From Felis catus (lineage: Eukaryota), in NCBI RefSeq assembly GCF_018350175.1, contig NC_058368.1:237028001-237092000 (forward strand): a stretch of DNA of 64,000 nucleotides. Reading direction: 5' to 3'. The stretch's first letter is position 1, and every line of letters starts with the position of its first letter. The notes under the pieces are model-generated. The model worked only from the letters and a program-made list of their open reading frames with translations, had not been told where the DNA came from and did no database searches. Below are positions 62,163 through 64,000 of the stretch, piece by piece. Position numbers and translations under genes: made by a program.

Positions 62163-63411
62163 AATTATTTTATTGTTACTTTAAGTTATAATATACAATA
62201 CAAATGTATGTTCTATAATTATAAATATATTCTTCACGATTTATAATTTAACATAACATATATCTTGTTATGTGTGATAATACACCCTGCACAAAATTAT
62301 ATAAATATAATATAAACGTATAAATTCTAATATCATAATAAAATTTACCTTTTATTTTTTATACTTGACCTTTTAAAAACGATTTAATTTCCTTCAAAAA
62401 AGAGAAAAACATACAGTAATTTCACTAATTTCTATTAGTGGACCCTCTCTGTTCTCAGGAGGGATTCTCTTGCGCACAAACCTGTGCCTTCTCTTTGTTC
62501 CAACGTGGCTCACTACACAGAGAGGCATTCAGAAGCATTACTAAAAAGGAGATTGTCCCCTGCATTTCTTGCAGGTCCTAGGACTGATATTTCATGCCTG
62601 TGGCAAATACGATAGAAAATGTTTTGAGGGGTTGAGAAATCAGAGTCTGCTGCCGATGTAAAACAAAAAAAAAGTCACGAGGAGGGACCGGACAGGGAAG
62701 CCATGGGGTGGCAAACAGGTGGGCCTCTGCCCAGCAAGCCGGTCGCCCTCTCGGTGCCCTGATGCCCAGACCCCGACAGAAACGAACCTTCACTGTCCAG
62801 ACCACTTGGGAATGACCAGGGAGGCACCAGACTGGAGTCAGCTGGTGTCTCAGAACTGGAGTTAACAGCTTCCCCTTAGGAAACTTCTAGAGACAAACTG
62901 AAGACTGGAAAGCAGCCCATTACCCACATTGTAGGTCCCACTTAAACCAAGGGGAAGATTCACAGAGATGCAATATTAAAAATGGGACGGGGCAGGGACA
63001 GACAGGCACGTACTGTCAAAGAGCATGGGTTCCCTGGATCCCACTGAGAGGGACGCCCTTTTCTCCCTGAGCAAAACAAACTTATTCGCAGAAGTCACCA
63101 AGAAGTGCCCCGTGAAACACGTCAGAGGGCCAAGACTATGCAGTCTCTTAATTTTTATAGACTCTTGTCTGATTTTGATGCTTAAAAAAAGGTGAATCAA
63201 AACTGACTGCAAAACTGAACTTCTCTAAAGGAAACTCTTCATTTTTGCGCGTGGGAAACCATTTGAAATCTGAGACCAAATTATTCAAAATCACTTAAAC
63301 TCATTTAAAACGGAGGCCAAAAGGAAACTGGAGGATGTATTTTAAAACTCTCCCGGGGTGTGAAGGTGGTAACCATTTTCGGGGTCCTCTGATTAAAAAG
63401 AAAACAACACT

Positions 63412-63564
63412 GGGGCTCCTGGGTGGCTCAGTAGGGTGAGCGTCCAACGCTTGATTGCAGCTCAGATCACGAACCCAGGGTCGTAGGATTGAGCCCCGTG
63501 TTGGGCTCTCTCTCTCTCTCTCCAAAATTAAAAAATAAAAGAAAACAAAAATTAAAAGAAAGGG
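63412..63564 (+). mobile_element. Can-SINE of a different, probably older type, internally deleted
   Basis: GGGGCTCCTGGGTGGCTCAGTAGGGTGAGCGTCCAACGCTTGATTGCAGCTCAGATCAC...GAGCCCCGTGTTGGGCTC joins directly to (CT)n and an A-rich tail. Degenerate TSD AAAAGAAAACAACACT / AAAAGAAACATATACT. Confidence 0.88.
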
Positions 63565-64000
63565 AAAAGAAACATATACTGAACTTGCTTTCTCCCCCAG
63601 TTCCAGTACGTCTCTACTCCAGGACCTTCCTTCTAGGATGGACACGTGTGCACACGCATGTGTGGGTTTGTGCATATGCACGATACATGTACCACGTTGT
63701 GGGTTATGAATGTGGAATCAGTTCAGATTAGTTTACCATTTGCTTCTGTCAATAACATACTCATTAGATGTCCATTCGTCTGACCAACAGGTATCGAGAA
63801 AACAGCTGAATTTTTACAGAACGCTGGTCCTAAAACTGCAGACAAAGGGCCTTCCCTCTACCGTGTGGTTTTCGTATTTTACCCAACATGTCAAACCAAT
63901 TTTGAAATGGTGTGGACACCACCAAGATGCCCTTCTTGCAGATAAACGTAACATGCCGGAGCGTGCTGACATGAGACCTGACGCCCGACTCTTCACGCAT

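Overview
This is 64 kb of non-coding mammalian DNA from a feliform carnivore, most likely a cat. It carries seven tRNA-derived Can-SINEs, six of them of the felid SINEC_Fc type, most with readable target-site duplications (TSDs). The background is GC- and CpG-rich, as in distal chromosome regions. It holds old eutherian repeats (MLT1/MLT2/MER74 LTRs, L1M, L2 and MIR fragments, one hAT-like element), one carnivore L1 3' end, and several micro/minisatellites, including a 1.27 kb TG-rich array with higher-order structure. I found no credible protein-coding exon, RNA gene or CRISPR array; the long ORFs in the track are explained by low-complexity or GC-rich sequence. The most notable signals are: (i) about ten repeat-free AT-richer islands dense in homeodomain/TALE/TCF/TEAD-type motifs, resembling the enhancer landscape of a developmental-gene desert or large intron; (ii) apparent AT-to-GC drift in ancient repeats, suggesting GC-biased gene conversion; (iii) oppositely oriented TG- and CA-rich arrays flanking a CpG-rich spacer. 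I cannot name the locus and see no evidence for a new biological system. Repeat subfamily names come from my recollection of consensus sequences, not from a search.
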